Assembly: GCA_010909165.1 (NCBI GenBank)
Contig: VJWM01000222.1
Span: forward strand, 124,001 to 188,000
Source: Anthoceros angustus
Taxonomy: Eukaryota; Plantae; Anthocerotophyta
Length of the DNA: 64,000 nt
Direction of reading: 5' to 3'
Both the position numbers and the translations under genes were made by a program. The notes beneath the pieces are model-generated. The model was not told the origin of the DNA and ran no database searches. It saw nothing but the letters and a program-made list of their open reading frames with translations. Below are positions 47,310 to 60,719 of the stretch, in pieces. Numbering within the stretch: position 1 is the first letter of the stretch; every line of letters starts with the position of its first letter.

Positions 47310-48535
47310 GAGTCAAATTCTGTGCCTCGAGTTTGTGAGACTCGTGAGGCTATCACCTCCCTTGCCGAGACAAAGATCGCACCAATGGCACCATCCGATG
47401 CATCCGTAGACATTCTCGATGGTGGCGATTCAATCCTCTCGTAGTCGATGCAGAGTCTCCACCACCGCTTTACGGTAAACGACGCATCCTTCGCCAGGTA
47501 GGTTTGCATATACGCTTTAACTCACTGCATCCTCGGACTAATGGTCGATATGGTTTGCGGTGATCATTCGAATCGCATCACGACCGCCTGGATGGTTTCG
47601 ACCGTGATTTCATCAGGTCCGGGCCCTCCGCCGAGCATCCGAATCACGGCCGAGCTGCGAGGTACTTGATTTCCATGTCAAAGTTCCGCCAAGTACTCGC
47701 CCCACTTTAGCGTTGAGATTTGGCCGCTTGAAGAAGTGTTGTAGCGAATGGTGGTCCGTGTGAACCACAAACCTCCGAGGAGGTAGTGGCGCCACACTTT
47801 CGTGGCATGGACGATCGCAAACATCTCCTTGTCGGTATGTGGTAATTTAATTGTGCCCCGGAGTTTGTGAGACTCGTGAGGCTATCACCTCCCTTGCCGA
47901 GACAAAGATCGCACCAATGGCACCATCCGATGCATCCGTAGACATTCTCGATGGTGGCGATTCAATCCTCTCGTAGTCGATGCAGAGTCTCCACCACCGT
48001 CGGTTTCGCCACCAACAACACGGCGCTCCATAAGGTGAGGTGCTTGGCCTCACAAACCCCTTGTCCAGAATTCATCTACCCTTTTGATCTCCTCATTTTC
48101 CATACCGACGCGGGTATGGTTGATTTCAGTGCCGATGCCTGTGCACTAGCTCGATGGATCGGGTCTGCCTTGGTGGTAGGGCGGTGGGATCCGCAAATAA
48201 CCCATCAAATTCCGCCACAGAGCCTTAAACTCTTCTGTAAGAGTTCCTCCGATTGCTTCGTGCTGCCCGCGATTTCGATGTTCGGTTTTGCCTTTGTGAG
48301 ACTCGTGAGGCTATCACCTCCCTTGCCGAGACAAAGATCGCACCAATGGCACCATCCGATGCATCCGTAGACATTCTCGATGGTGGCGATTCAATCCTCT
48401 CGTAGTCGATGCAGAGTCTCCACCACCGTGTTTCGCCACCAACAACACGGCGCTCCATAAGGTGAGGTGCTTGGCCTCACAAACCCCTTGTCCAGAATTC
48501 ATCTACCGCTTTTGATCTCCTCATTTTCCATACCG
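47310..48535 (-). mobile_element. pol: Mosaic of family A RT/RNase H fragments with ~430-bp reiteration
   Basis: The chimeric reading RLCIDY...TDASDGAIGA occurs three times (~47400, 47930, 48360). Confidence 0.85.
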
Positions 48536-51500
48536 ACGCGGTATCGATTTAGCATGCCTGCACTAGCTCGATGTGATCATCTGGCCTTGGTGGTAGGGCG
48601 GTGGATCCGCAACAACTCCATCAAATTCCGCCACAGAGCCTTAAACCTTGTAAGAGTTCTCCGATTGCTTCGGTGCCCGCGACTGGTGCCTCCAGAGGAA
48701 CTACCTCACCATGCATGTAAAGCTGGATTTGGCGGATCGATATAAAAAGGTGCTTGTCCGAAGGTAAGTTTCCCTTCCAAAGACATACGATCCGTCCCCC
48801 TAGGGTTACTAAGTTCTTCCACCTATGGTTGAGAATGGCCAGCCACTGCTTCTAATAATCACGCCATGTGCCAAGCTTGGCATGACTATGCATTTCAAAG
48901 ACTTCTACGAAACCTCAGTGGGTAAGAGTCGCTCATTCCAACGCCGTCCCTCACATCCTTTCCCCGCCGTGACGATAGAAGTCTGCCGAGTGATGTGTGC
49001 CCCGCTCGTGCTGCGGACTGAGATGTAGTGGTGGCTAGCACCAGTCTAGAGAGTCAGGCAACATGTCCCGCTATGTGAACCTTTAGCTTGATCGGACATG
49101 GGTCTACATGCATTCAAAACGTGACCCATTGCAACCTAGTTCGCTTCCTGTACTCTTCTAAAACCACCGAGGGGTTTTGTTCGAGAAGGGTTGGTGTGGA
49201 ATTCTGCCTTTCACCATGCGATGAAGTCCCTCCTGAGGGCAAACAACCATATGAGTCGCAAGCAATTTCCTTTTTCTCTATTCTTTCTTCTTCTTCGAGG
49301 ATTTTAAAGTCGGATTCTCAAGCTACTTCCATTTCGATTTGAAGGCTGGAGGTGCCCAAGTGTTTATATTTGTTCGCCATAGTTCATGGCGGCCATGGCA
49401 TCAACCGTGGTGTTGGTGGTCCGCTGACATCTGTTCAAATCAAGGCCATCAATGAACTTCTCCACTTTTGTTCTTCATCGAGGCGGGAAGATCCGTGAGT
49501 GAGTCAGAAGAACTTGTCGCAGATTCGCATGCATCCTCGCCGATAGATTTCAAACCGATAGTGTCTCTGCAGGATGGGGAGGAAATGCTCTAAGAACACT
49601 TGCTCAACACCGCTATGTATGGCGCCTATACCCATCGACGTTGCCTGGTTTCCACCAACGATACGATAACCTCGAGCGACATGACGCAAAACCGTATGCT
49701 TGAGATCATCCTTCTCGCCGCCAGGTATTTCATCTTGTCCACCATCAGACGCTTGAGCTTTGGCCCCCAAAAGTCGTGGTTTTATCTTCCGCCGCAACCC
49801 TTGTCAAGTAGTGGCGGGTTTGAAGGGTCAGCCTGCCTCCAACAACTGACTTTCCTTGGCCTTGGCTTCCCCACCTCACTCATGAGCGGAGGCCCAGGCC
49901 TTGATGTCCTTGTTTTTCGCCGCAACAACCTCGACCACCAACCTCTGGGGACTCCCTCACGAGCTCGCCTGCCGACTCTAATGTGACCTCGACCCTTCCT
50001 CATCTCGCCATCCAGCCGAGTGGGTGCCGAGGCCCGTTTTCTGTCGCATACCCGTGGTGAGGATTGTGGTGGGTTCACCGCCTTCCGACCAGGTCCCTAG
50101 GTGTGTCGGAACGACGGGGTGCTCCAACAATTGCAGACGCTGCATGCTTGTCCCTCCAACTTGTTTCGATTGTTTCGACACAACGTGCCGAGCTCCCGCA
50201 GTTATTCTCCACACCACACCGTTTGGGCAACCTTGCTCAAGTGTCGCCCAAGAAAATTTCGAGGCGAGATCCTCCATGTCCTCGCGGTTCTCGACCTGTC
50301 ATTGGGCATGGCCATTCACTCCGCCTCATCTGTGGGCCGGTGTGGGGAACGGGCCTGCACGAGGCCGGGCCGCTCGCCTGGTGCCGATCACCGCGATTTC
50401 GATCTTGGCCAACCGCTGTCGTCTCCTTCTTCTCGCTCGATTCGAACGGTCCACTCAAGTCTTTCCGCCGCCGGTCGCCCGCTTCTTCCAGGATCGGGAG
50501 GGCCACCAATCACCGGATGGCCACTCCCCCGATTGACCAGGAGGTCTCCACCTCCGACTGCACTTTTCGCCAATGCTTCCATCCCGGGTCATCGCTGCCG
50601 GTGAGCCCCCGCCCATTTCCGTGCGCCCCTCCCATGTCGTACCACGGGTCAAACTCCTGTGATGTGGGTCTGGATGGTCTCAACAAAGAGCTCCCGAAGA
50701 TTCGATCGAGATGTGAGAACTCAAGGTATGCCCAGTGTCCGAACCACCTCGCGAGCCTCAATTCACCTCTTCCGTCCGAATCATCTGGGAGCTGAATTGT
50801 CGCCTCCTTCTCCACCGATTGACCCAATGCCAGGACTCTCACGCTTGCCGCAGTGCATGATTCTTTGCTCGATACCAAATGTAACGCTCCCAAAGATCAA
50901 GTTCTATGCCCGCATCTTCCGTGACATAGTCTTGGTTTCGCTAGAAGGAGCTCACGAAGGTCACAGCCTTTGGTCTTATGGACATAGCCAGTGAGAACTT
51001 TCCGCTCCAACAGAATTGAGCACGCTTCTTGTTCATGTAACCACTATTTACCCTATTTCTACCTATCCGCTAATTAGGATTAATATTCCATCTATCCGCT
51101 AATTAGGATTAATTCCACTTAATGCTACGCTCCTAACGCTACATAATTAACAGTAATGGCTTTAGAAAAAAATGGTCACAACTTGTCACTCGGAGATTGC
51201 TCAGTCTCGGTAAAGACTGGTTCACAAAGAGACTAGAACCTTCATACAATCCATGAAGAGTAGTCTAGAAAATTAATGGTCGACTTGTCATCTAACTTCT
51301 GCTTGGCTGTACATAGGCAAACGTGACCAAGACTCGAGGTAAATCCACAAGGAGACTAGAACCTACTACAATCCAACCCAAAAGGAAAACAAAGAAACAA
51401 AATGACCTCCCAAAAAGAAGCTAGAAACAAAGCAATCAAAACCTCACAAAATTCTCAAGAGAGATTGAGCAAGCTACAACCCAACCCAAAATAAAAATAA

Positions 51501-54500
51501 CAAAGAAACCCAACCTAAAAATCAACAGATAACTCCATTTCAAATCAAAAACCTCACAAATCTAAAGAGATTGAGCCTAAGCTACAACCCAATCAAGAAA
51601 CCTCACAAATCAAGAGCGCCTTAAGCTACAACCCAACCAAAAATAACAAATAACAAAGATGACCTCCAAAAAAGAATAACCCACAAATAACACTCCAAAA
51701 AAAAAAAAAAGAATAACCTCCATTTCTAGCAATCAAAAACCTCACAAAACTCAAGAGCGATTGAGCCTTAAGCTACAACCCAACCCAAAAATAAAAATAA
51801 CATCCATTTCTAGCAATCAAAACCCTCACAAAATCAAGAGCGATTGAGCCTTAAGCTACAACCCAACCCAAAAATAAAAATAACAAAGATAACTCCATTT
51901 CTAGCAATCAAAACCCTCAAAACTCCTCAAGAGCGATTGAGCCTTAAGCTACAACCCAACCCAAAAATAAAAATAACAAAGATGACCCCAAAAAAAGAAT
52001 AACTCCATTTCTAGCAATCAAAAACCTCACAAAATTCAAGAGCGATTGAGCCTTAAGCTACAACCCAACCCAAAATAAAGAATATCTTTGCCAACCCAAA
52101 AATAAAAATAACAAAGATGACCCCAAAAAAAGAATAACCCATTTCTAGCAATCAAAAACCTCACAAAATTAATAGGATTGAGCCTACAAACCCAATTTAA
52201 AAAATAACCATTTCTAGCAATCAAAAACCTCACAAAAATAGCGATTGAGCCTTAAGCTACAACCCAACCCAAAATAAAAATAACAAAGATAATCTACAAA
52301 AAAAAGCTAGAAACAAAACAACCATAAAGCCCTCACAAAATTGGAATCTAGCAGTAAATGTTCCCAAATCCATAGGAAAGTTTCCACTAACCACAGCTTA
52401 AAGCTCAAGTATGACGACGAACCCAAAAATAAAGAATAACAAAGATAACCTCCAAAAAGAGAAGCTAGACATAAAACAACCATAAAGCCCTCACAAAATT
52501 GGAATCTAGCAGTAATTGTCCCCAAATCCATAGTCCACTCCAAATTAACTGCTAAAAAGCTCATCCACGAATTCATAGTCCGAATCCAGGGTGTAAATTG
52601 TCCCCAAATCCATAGTCCGACTCCAAATTAACTGCTTTAAAGCTCATGAATTTAATTCATAGTCCGCAAGGGAGGGTGTCAGCACCGTGGTCAAAAGTCA
52701 CAGATCCCCTGGATATCTTCAAATACAAATCTTGGTCCAAGCCGGCTTTTTCAAGTCCTTCGAGGTCGAGTGTCCTTCCGAGGGGGTCCAAGGATCCGTG
52801 AACTTTTTGCACCATGGTACTTTGGTGGCGCCTGCCTCAAGCTTCGCCTATGAATTGCCATCCGCATGAGCTTTATTAAAAGCTTCAATGCGTGTCGAGA
52901 GCCTTCCTTATGCCCCGCGAGAGTGCCTTGTACTCACCTTAGTAGATGAGACTGAGGCTTTGGCTCAAGAATGCGATTTCTAGAGTACCTTAGTAGATGA
53001 GACCTGAGGCAAGAATGCGATTTCTAGAGTACCTTAGTAGATGAGACTGCTTGAGGCTTTGGCTCAAGAATGCGATTTCCGATAGGTTGTTTCAACAATA
53101 AACCAAATCCACTCTTCTTGTTGGATGCCCCTGAGCACCATAGCTCCTACGACGGGTCATTCTAGGGATTCACTGGATTTCATAGTGTAGCTTCATCCTT
53201 TGAGAGTACGACACATCTTTCCGAGCAAGCTTTCCCATAAAACCATGGAGATCCCCACATATATAGTGCCCAAGTCGATCGTGGTCCTCAAACGCCAACC
53301 TCCCCACCACCCTCAAGCACGACCACTCACTTTGCCTGCTAGATAACCATAGAGCTTCCTCCATAAGGATAGGCCTCAACCAAAGTTGGGGCCCCTAGAA
53401 CGCCAACCTCGCACCCCTCGTGCCCCACCACCCCAAAGAACTTTACTCCACTTTCATTTTGGCCGCCAACCTCGCACTCATGGGTATCTATTTTCTTTTG
53501 GGAGGTTATTTTGTTATTATTTTTCCTTTTCTGATTGTAGTCAAGTCTTAGACTCAAGCAAAGATTCAAGTGTTTGCTTGGTTTAAAACAAAATTGATTG
53601 GAGTCTTAGACTCAAGCAAAGATTCAAGTGTCCGCTTAGTTTAAAACCTAATTGATTGGAGTCTTAGACTCAAGCGCATTCAAGTGTCTCGCTTAGTTTA
53701 AAACAGAATTGAAAATTGATTGAGTCTTAGACTCAAGCAAGATTCAAGTGTCTCGCTTAGTTTAAAACCTAATTGATTGGAGTCTTAGACTCCGCATTCA
53801 AGTGTCTCGCTTAGTTTAAAAATGTAATTGATTGCTCACGCTAGCAAATGAAAGCTTTTGGTTTATGGAAACCTTCTAAAGTTAAGGCAGGATGGTGGCA
53901 GTGCGAGGTGTATTTAGAGGCAAAAGAAAGCTCGCCTGGTGGTGGGGGCACCAGGTGGTTGTGATGACGCAAAAGAAAGCTCGCAGGGGTGGTGGGCACC
54001 GGGGTGCGAGGCTCGCAGATTTAGAGGCAAAAGAAAGTCACTGAGTGGGGCACGGGCAAGGTGCAGGAAGGCAAAAGAAAGCTCATTGGGTGGTGGTGCG
54101 AGGTTACGGTATTTAGATCTTTCTTTGGGTTTATAGAAACCCTTTAAAGTTTACACCGGGGTGGTGAGACCTTGAAGATCCGAGCAATTTTGTTGTGTGT
54201 TTCCTTCGTGGTGACAAGGCGTGATTTACAAACCCCCCGAGCGAAATGGGTTGGCCACTAGATTTCGATCGCATTAGATCCTCAGGGCGCAATGGATCTT
54301 GTCATTTTGAAGATCACAGATCCGCCTCTTACCCATAGGTAATGCAATCACATCCTACTTCTCGTGTGAAGTTTGTGGAGATAGTGTTGTAGTTAGTTTC
54401 TCCCCATTGCCGAGGGTGTAGCTACGAGTGAGCACCATCAAGGTTAAACTTTTCATAATCTCCTTGATTTTTTCCGATGGAGAGTAATTGTGCCTGCATC

Positions 54501-54657
54501 CCCTGCTTCGCAAAATCAATACCAAGGCAAAATTGAAGGTCTCCTTGATTAGTCATCTCGAATCCTCGACGGAGCATGTCCTTGACCCGAGCTAGTCAAT
54601 GGCCAAAGGCTTGCCATCACGGCCATTCGTGGCTTCAAAGTACGACGGTGGATCCGC
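48535..54657 (-). repeat. Inverted near-identical duplicate of 1952-~8075 (copia RT scrap, minisatellites, family A LTR-PBS-gag region)
   Basis: ORF pairs mirror with coordinate sum 56606-56609; LTR at 50880-51143, PBS at 50867-50877. Confidence 0.95.
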
Positions 54658-57136
54658 AAATAACCCATCAAATTCCGCCACAGAGCCTTAAACTCTTGGT
54701 AAGAGTTCCTCCGATTGCTTCCTGCTGCCGCTGCGAGATTTGGCCGCTTGAAGAAGTGTTGTAGCGAATGGTGGTCCGTGGAACCACAAACCTCCGAGGA
54801 GGTAGTGGCGCCACACTTTCGTGGCATGGACGATCGCAAACATCTCCTTGTCGGTATGTGGTAATTTAATTGTGCCCCGGAGTTTGTGAGACTCGTGAGG
54901 CTATCACCTCCCTTGCCGAGACAAAGATCGCACCAATGGCACCATCCGATGCATCCGTAGACATTCTCGATGGTGGCCCGATTCAATCCTCTCGTAGTCG
55001 ATGCAGAGTCTCCACCACCGTCGGTTTCGCCACCAACAACACGGCGCTCCATAAGGTGAGGTGCTTGGCCTCACAAACCCCTTGTCCAGAATTCATCTAC
55101 CCTTTTGATCTCCTCATTTTCCATACCGACGCGGGTATTTGTTGATTTACGTGCCGATGCCTGTGCACTAGCTCGATGGATCGGGTCTGCCTTGGTGGTA
55201 GGGCGGTGGATCGCTTGAGGGCTTCGCCAAAGGAAGAGCAATTTGATCAAGCTCTTGATAAACCTCGCGATAGAAGCCCGCTAGCCCCAGGAAGCCCCTT
55301 AGTTGGGTGATGTCCTTGGGAGCGCCACCCACAGACCTTGCGAGGATCCATGCCGATGCCCTTGGCACTAACGATGTGTCCAAGATACTCAACTTCTCGC
55401 ATGAAGGTACACTTGCTCCTCTTGGCCAGCAGCTTGATGCTTCAAGAAGAGTGAATACCTTCCCGACGAGTTCGATGTGGGTGGCTTGGTCCGCAGAGTG
55501 GATCAAGATATCATCTAGGAAGACCTCGACCCCTTGCCTAGCAAAGGTCAAGAATGTCTTGCGAGGATCCATGCGATGCCCTTGGCACTAATGATGTGTC
55601 CAAGATACTCAACTTCTCGCATGAAGGTACACTTGCTCCTCTTGGCCAGCTTGATGCTTCAAGAAGAGTGAATACCTTCCCGACGAGTTCGATGTGGGTG
55701 GCTTGGTCCGCAGAGTGGATCAAGATATCATCTAGGAAGACCTCGACCCCTTGCCTAGCAAAGGTCAAGAATGTCTTGCGAGGATCCATGCGATGCCCTT
55801 GGCACTAACGATGTGTCCAAGATACTCAACTTCTTCGCATGAAGGTACACTTGCTCCTCTTGGCCAGCAGCTTGATGCTTCAAGAAGAGTGAATACCTTC
55901 CCGACGAGTTCGATGTGGGTGGCTTGGTCCGCAGAGTGGATCAAGATATCATCTAGGAAGACCTCGACCCCTTGCCTAGCAAAGGTCAAGAATGTCTTGC
56001 GAGGATCCATGCCGATGCCCTTGGCACTAACGATGTGTCCAAGATACTCAACTTCTCGCATGAAGGTACACTTGCTCCTCTTGGCCAGCAGCTTGATGCT
56101 TCAAGAAGAGTGAATACCTTCCCGACGAGTTCGATGTGGGTGGCTTGGTCCGCAGAGTGGATCAAGATATCATCTAGGAAGACCTCGACCCCTTGCCTAG
56201 CAAAGGTCAAGAATGTCTTGCGAGGATCCATGCGATGCCCTTGGCACTAATGATGTGTCCAAGATACTCAACTTCTTCGCATGAAGGTACACTTGCTCCT
56301 CTTGGCCAGCAGCTTGATGCTTCAAGAAGAGTGAATACCTTCCCGACGAGTTCGATGTGGGTGGCTTGGTCCGCAGAGTGGATCAAGATATCATCTAGGA
56401 AGACCTCGACCCCTTGCCTAGCAAAGGTCAAGAATGTCTTGCGAGGATCCATGCGATGCCCTTGGCACTAATGATGTGTCCAAGATACTCAACTTCTCGC
56501 ATGAAGGTACACTTGCTCCTCTTGGCCAGCAGCTTGATGCTTCAAGAAGAGTGAATACCTTCCCGACGAGTTCGATGTGGGTGGCTTGGTCCGCAGAGTG
56601 GATCAAGATATCATCTAGGAAGACCTCGACCCCTTGCCTAGCAAAGGGTCAAGAATGTCTTGCGAGGATCCATGCGATGCCCTTGGCACTAACGATGTGT
56701 CCAAGATACTCAACTTCTCGCATGAAGGTACACTTGCTCCTCTTGGCCAGCAGCTTGATGCTTCAAGAAGAGTGAATACCTTCCCGACGAGTTCGATGTG
56801 GGTGGCTTGGTCCGCAGAGTGGATCAAGATATCATCTAGGAAGACCTCGACCCCTTGCCTAGCAAAGGTCAAGAATGTCTTGCATGAGACATTGGAAGGT
56901 CGCGGGCATTTAGAAGTCAACGGCATCACTACAAACTCGTAGTGACCATGCCGTGTTCTAAATGCGGTCTTGGGCTCATCCTCCTTGAGTCGAATTTGGT
57001 GAAAACGACCGTCGATTTTGGTGAACCAAGCACCCATGCAAACCGGTCCAAAATCTCATCGATGCGGGCATCCGTAGACATTCTCGATGGTGGCCCGATT
57101 CAATCCTCTCGTAGTCGATGCAGAGTCTCCACCACC
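54646..57136 (-). mobile_element. pol: Mosaic of family A pol fragments
   Basis: Same chimeric leader as 24676-25120, then the RT array, then native upstream RT ([33 protein letters not shown]). Confidence 0.85.
55337..56883 (-). repeat. Tandem array of the ~220-bp family A RT fragment, 7 units
   Basis: Unit starts at 55337, 55558, 55775, 55996, 56217, 56438 and 56659. Confidence 0.95.
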
Positions 57137-57149
57137 GGTTTCCCACAAA

Positions 57150-58830
57150 ATTGAAGGAAGCCCACCCAAGAAAAGCGATGCCCTTCCTAAACCAGTCCAA
57201 GGCCACTTCCCAATCTAGTATCCATGGTTGACCAAGGACCCTGAACCTGTAGAGATCGGATGTCATAAAAGGGTACCTCGACACGGGTAGGTGTGAATAT
57301 CATGACGAGGAAACGGCGAAAATTGGGGTTGGAAATCGAACATACAGCAAGGTTTTGCGGTTGGCGATATGTCCGTAATGGTGCCGTGAGGAGAATTGTG
57401 ACGTGTTAACGATCATTGGGACCATCCCTATCTAATGGATTATGTGGTCATCCACAAGTCGCCAGGTATAGTGTTTTAATTGGTCGAACTTGGATGTATG
57501 GATCTCAATGCACGCTCAAATGGGGAAGAAAGGAGGTTTGATTCAAACCAATGGAATGGGACCCTAAGACCAAGGAAGGTAGGATTTGCCTAACTCGGAG
57601 TAAGGACATGTACCGTTGGCGAGACCCCAACGGAAATACACACCTCATGAAGACACATCGGGGAGATGGAACAAGAAGACAAATTTCCTTTCGACACATC
57701 TCATGGTCGGACGAGAACAGGATTATCGCAGAGATATTCCGCACTCGATCAACTGTGGGTCACAGGGTAACCATAGACGCGACCGGATTGGGAAGAGGGA
57801 GAAAGCGGCGGGAACAAACGGATGAGGAGGATGAAAGGGCCTCACGCTGCTTTCACCCTAAGATCTGTTAGAGAGTGGCATGAAGAGGAACCGAGGGAAC
57901 CGTAAGAGGGTTTTGGAATCCCGCACGAGAGCGTGAATGGGCAGCGGATGAGGTTAAGGATGTCGAGGTGCTTCTGGAAAAGTGCTCAAATTCTCCCGAA
58001 CAATGGATGAAGTGCTTGAAGAGGATGAAACAATGCTTGCACAATTCATTGATGTCTTTGCCTTCGAGGTGACCGATATGAAGGGTATACCCAAGGAGTG
58101 GGGAGCATAGGATCGACTTGGAACTGGAGCCCAGTGAGGATTCCGCAGACAAGTTAAATCCCAAGTACTCATTGAAGGTAAAGGATCGCTTGAGTCAGAT
58201 CTCAAGGCGGATGTAATCTATCCTATCGTCAATAATGGGTGGCTCCGATGGTGGTCCAAGAGACCCGAAAGATTCGGGTTTGCCAAGACTAGCGGTTGAA
58301 TAAGGTCACCAAAAGGATCATTTCCATTGCCCTTCATCGATAACATCTTGGATCCGGGTCGCAGTAGGATGGCGTATTCCTTTTAGATGGGTATTTAGGC
58401 TATAACCATGCATCTCCGGAAAGCGATTGGCCACCCACCTTCACAACGGACGGGGAACATATGCCTAAGCGCGGTGCATTCGGGGTTGACGGGCGCTGGT
58501 CTTTCATGCGAACCATCGTCAAGATCTTCAAGGACTTCCTCGGGGACTTTATGGAAGTTTTCTTGGACGACTTTTGCGTGTTTGGAGCATGAAGGACCAT
58601 CTAATGCACCTTGAACGCGAGCGATACGCTTATGTTTGCATCCGGAAAAGTGCTATTTCGGCATGTCGAAGGAATCCTGTTGGGACATCGAATTTCGAGC
58701 AGGTATAGAGGTTGATCCCGACAAGGTCAAGGTCATAGCCACTCTAAAAGCTCCAACAACGCTGAAGGAACTTCGTGGGTTCCTTGGGATGGTCACAGCA
58801 CGCTTGCTCCAAATTTTGCAACCAGGCTCC
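57150..58830 (+). mobile_element. pol: Family C protease-RT fragment
   Basis: YLDTG.GVNIM, LNKVTKKDHFPLPFIDNILD, FMEVFLDDF, HPEKCYFG, GIEVDPDKVKVI...PTTLKELRGFLGMV. Confidence 0.88.
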
Positions 58831-58834
58831 ACTA

Positions 58835-60718
58835 ACAGGTGGGCTGTGAGGGCCCCGATTGGGATTCTCCCCATACGGGACAGCCGGTGGAGGCTCAACA
58901 GACTCCATGGACACGGGAATCTCACTTGGCCTCAACACACACTGGATCGACAGTAGTCCCAATGCGGGCACCTTCAGCTCCATGCCAAGGGCTGAGGAGA
59001 AGCCCATCATCGGGCCTCCGCAGTCCCACACTCGGATACCCGGACCGGTGGATCCCATATGGGCAGCCTTACCCACGCGGCCGGGTATTGCCCACCACCA
59101 TGGACCATGTTACGATGGTGGGAGTGACAGGCAGGCCACCCATAGCCATGAGGAGGGCCAGCCACTTGGAGGCGGCGACCTATGCTTCCCAGCTGGAGTA
59201 GAGCACCCGCATTTTAGCCCACCAATCGCATGAATGTGCGAGTGAGCAATGCCATGGTGGACAATAGGGAAGGCCATGTCACGGTGAATGGCTATGCTCC
59301 CAAGCTTGTGCTCTTGGACACGGGGCCCGTGATCATTGGCAAGGCTCGCCAGTTGAACTTGCAGGACGACACTCCGCCATTCACCCCGAACAGGGACTCC
59401 GCGCTGTGGAACTGTGTGGAGAGACTGCTCGACCACCGCCATCACGCTCAAGCTCGAAGCCGCCGCCATGACATTGGCCATTCATTCCGACACGCTAACA
59501 CGGCGTCCTTCTGACAGGAGTTTTGTTTCCACCCCGCATCGCGTGGACAATTGATGAGTAAGCTCACTATCGCCCGATTGGCGTAGTGGGAGGTCGCCAA
59601 GTGGCGACTTTCCCTTGAATGCATGGCGGATTGGACACCGAGGTCGCCACCGCCCCTAGCTACTCCAGTCCTTATGGCGACCATTCGTTGTCCCCGAGGT
59701 GCTCCTCACGATGACCAAGATTTGAGTGACATCTTTGGAGCTTGCCGACTTGGATCGGATCACGAGGCCGACCATTTGGTCACGCATGCTAGGAGACACT
59801 CCACCATCATTCAAAGTGTCCGAGGTTCAGCAAGCTCTTCCACGAGTGCAGCAAGCTCTGCAGCTTCAGCACTCCCCCTTGGGCTGAGGCACCTTCCACC
59901 ACAATGAGAGCCAGATCATCACGTGATGGCGCCCACTTGCATTACTTTTGGAACTGCTGGCATTTGCACAGTCTGGAGGCCCTTTTGCTGAATGGCATCT
60001 TGGTCTCGTTACATTTATTGTGACCATTGTCCCAAGGCGCAATGCATTGTCGCCGCCTTCGGGAGCGTGATTCCCTTCACTACTTCCCGCCAATGCTATC
60101 TCGGGCACCTTTTCGTGCCCCAAGACATCCAGGTACAGCGCCGCCACATTCGCTCGGCCCCATCCACTTCGTGATTGCGGATGGAATGCCAAGGATTTTC
60201 TCAAGCCAACGGGGAGGATTACAAGACCCACGAACCGCCTTGTTTTGGGACCTTCTCCGCATCTTGGTGGATGTTCGCACTTCAGCCCCGGGTTGCGCTT
60301 ACTGGGGAGAACACCTCGGGCGGACACTGCAAGTTCGCCAAGACATGGCCATCATCCGCAGCATGTGGGCACGCCCTTGCTCATGGATGCTGTCCAGTTG
60401 GCGCTTCGCCATGCGAAACTATTGGACCAACCTGGCCCTCAACCTTTGCTAGAGTTGGTGGTCACCCGCACTACTCGGGACCCCACTCAAGCTCTCCGAT
60501 GTGTTGGACCCTTGGCATCAGCCACGGGCTGTGACAGCCGAGCGTGCACCTTGGTACCCGCACCAACATGCTGGACAGCCCGCACCCTTCCCACCCTAGT
60601 GAGCTTTCTCTCCCCCTATGCTGTGGGACAAGGCGTGTCCGCTATTCAAGCAACACACCAGGAGGAGCCCAATGTGGAGGAGGCGGGAGGCCATGGGTTT
60701 CCACACCATGCCACGCTG
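58835..60718 (+). mobile_element. Family B protease-DNMT fragment fused downstream of family C RT
   Basis: VNGYAPKLVLLDTGPVIIGK, followed by the DNMT motifs. Confidence 0.88.
59940..60718 (+). pseudogene. DNMT3-like C5 methyltransferase domain, copy 5 (lacks motif X)
   Basis: LEALLLNGILV, RYIYCDHCPKAQCI, VPQDIQ, LGPIHFVIA, ECQGFSQA, GLQDPRTALFWDL.RIL, GENT, RNYWTNLA, EEPNVEE..MGF. Confidence 0.88.
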
Positions 60719-60719
60719 C

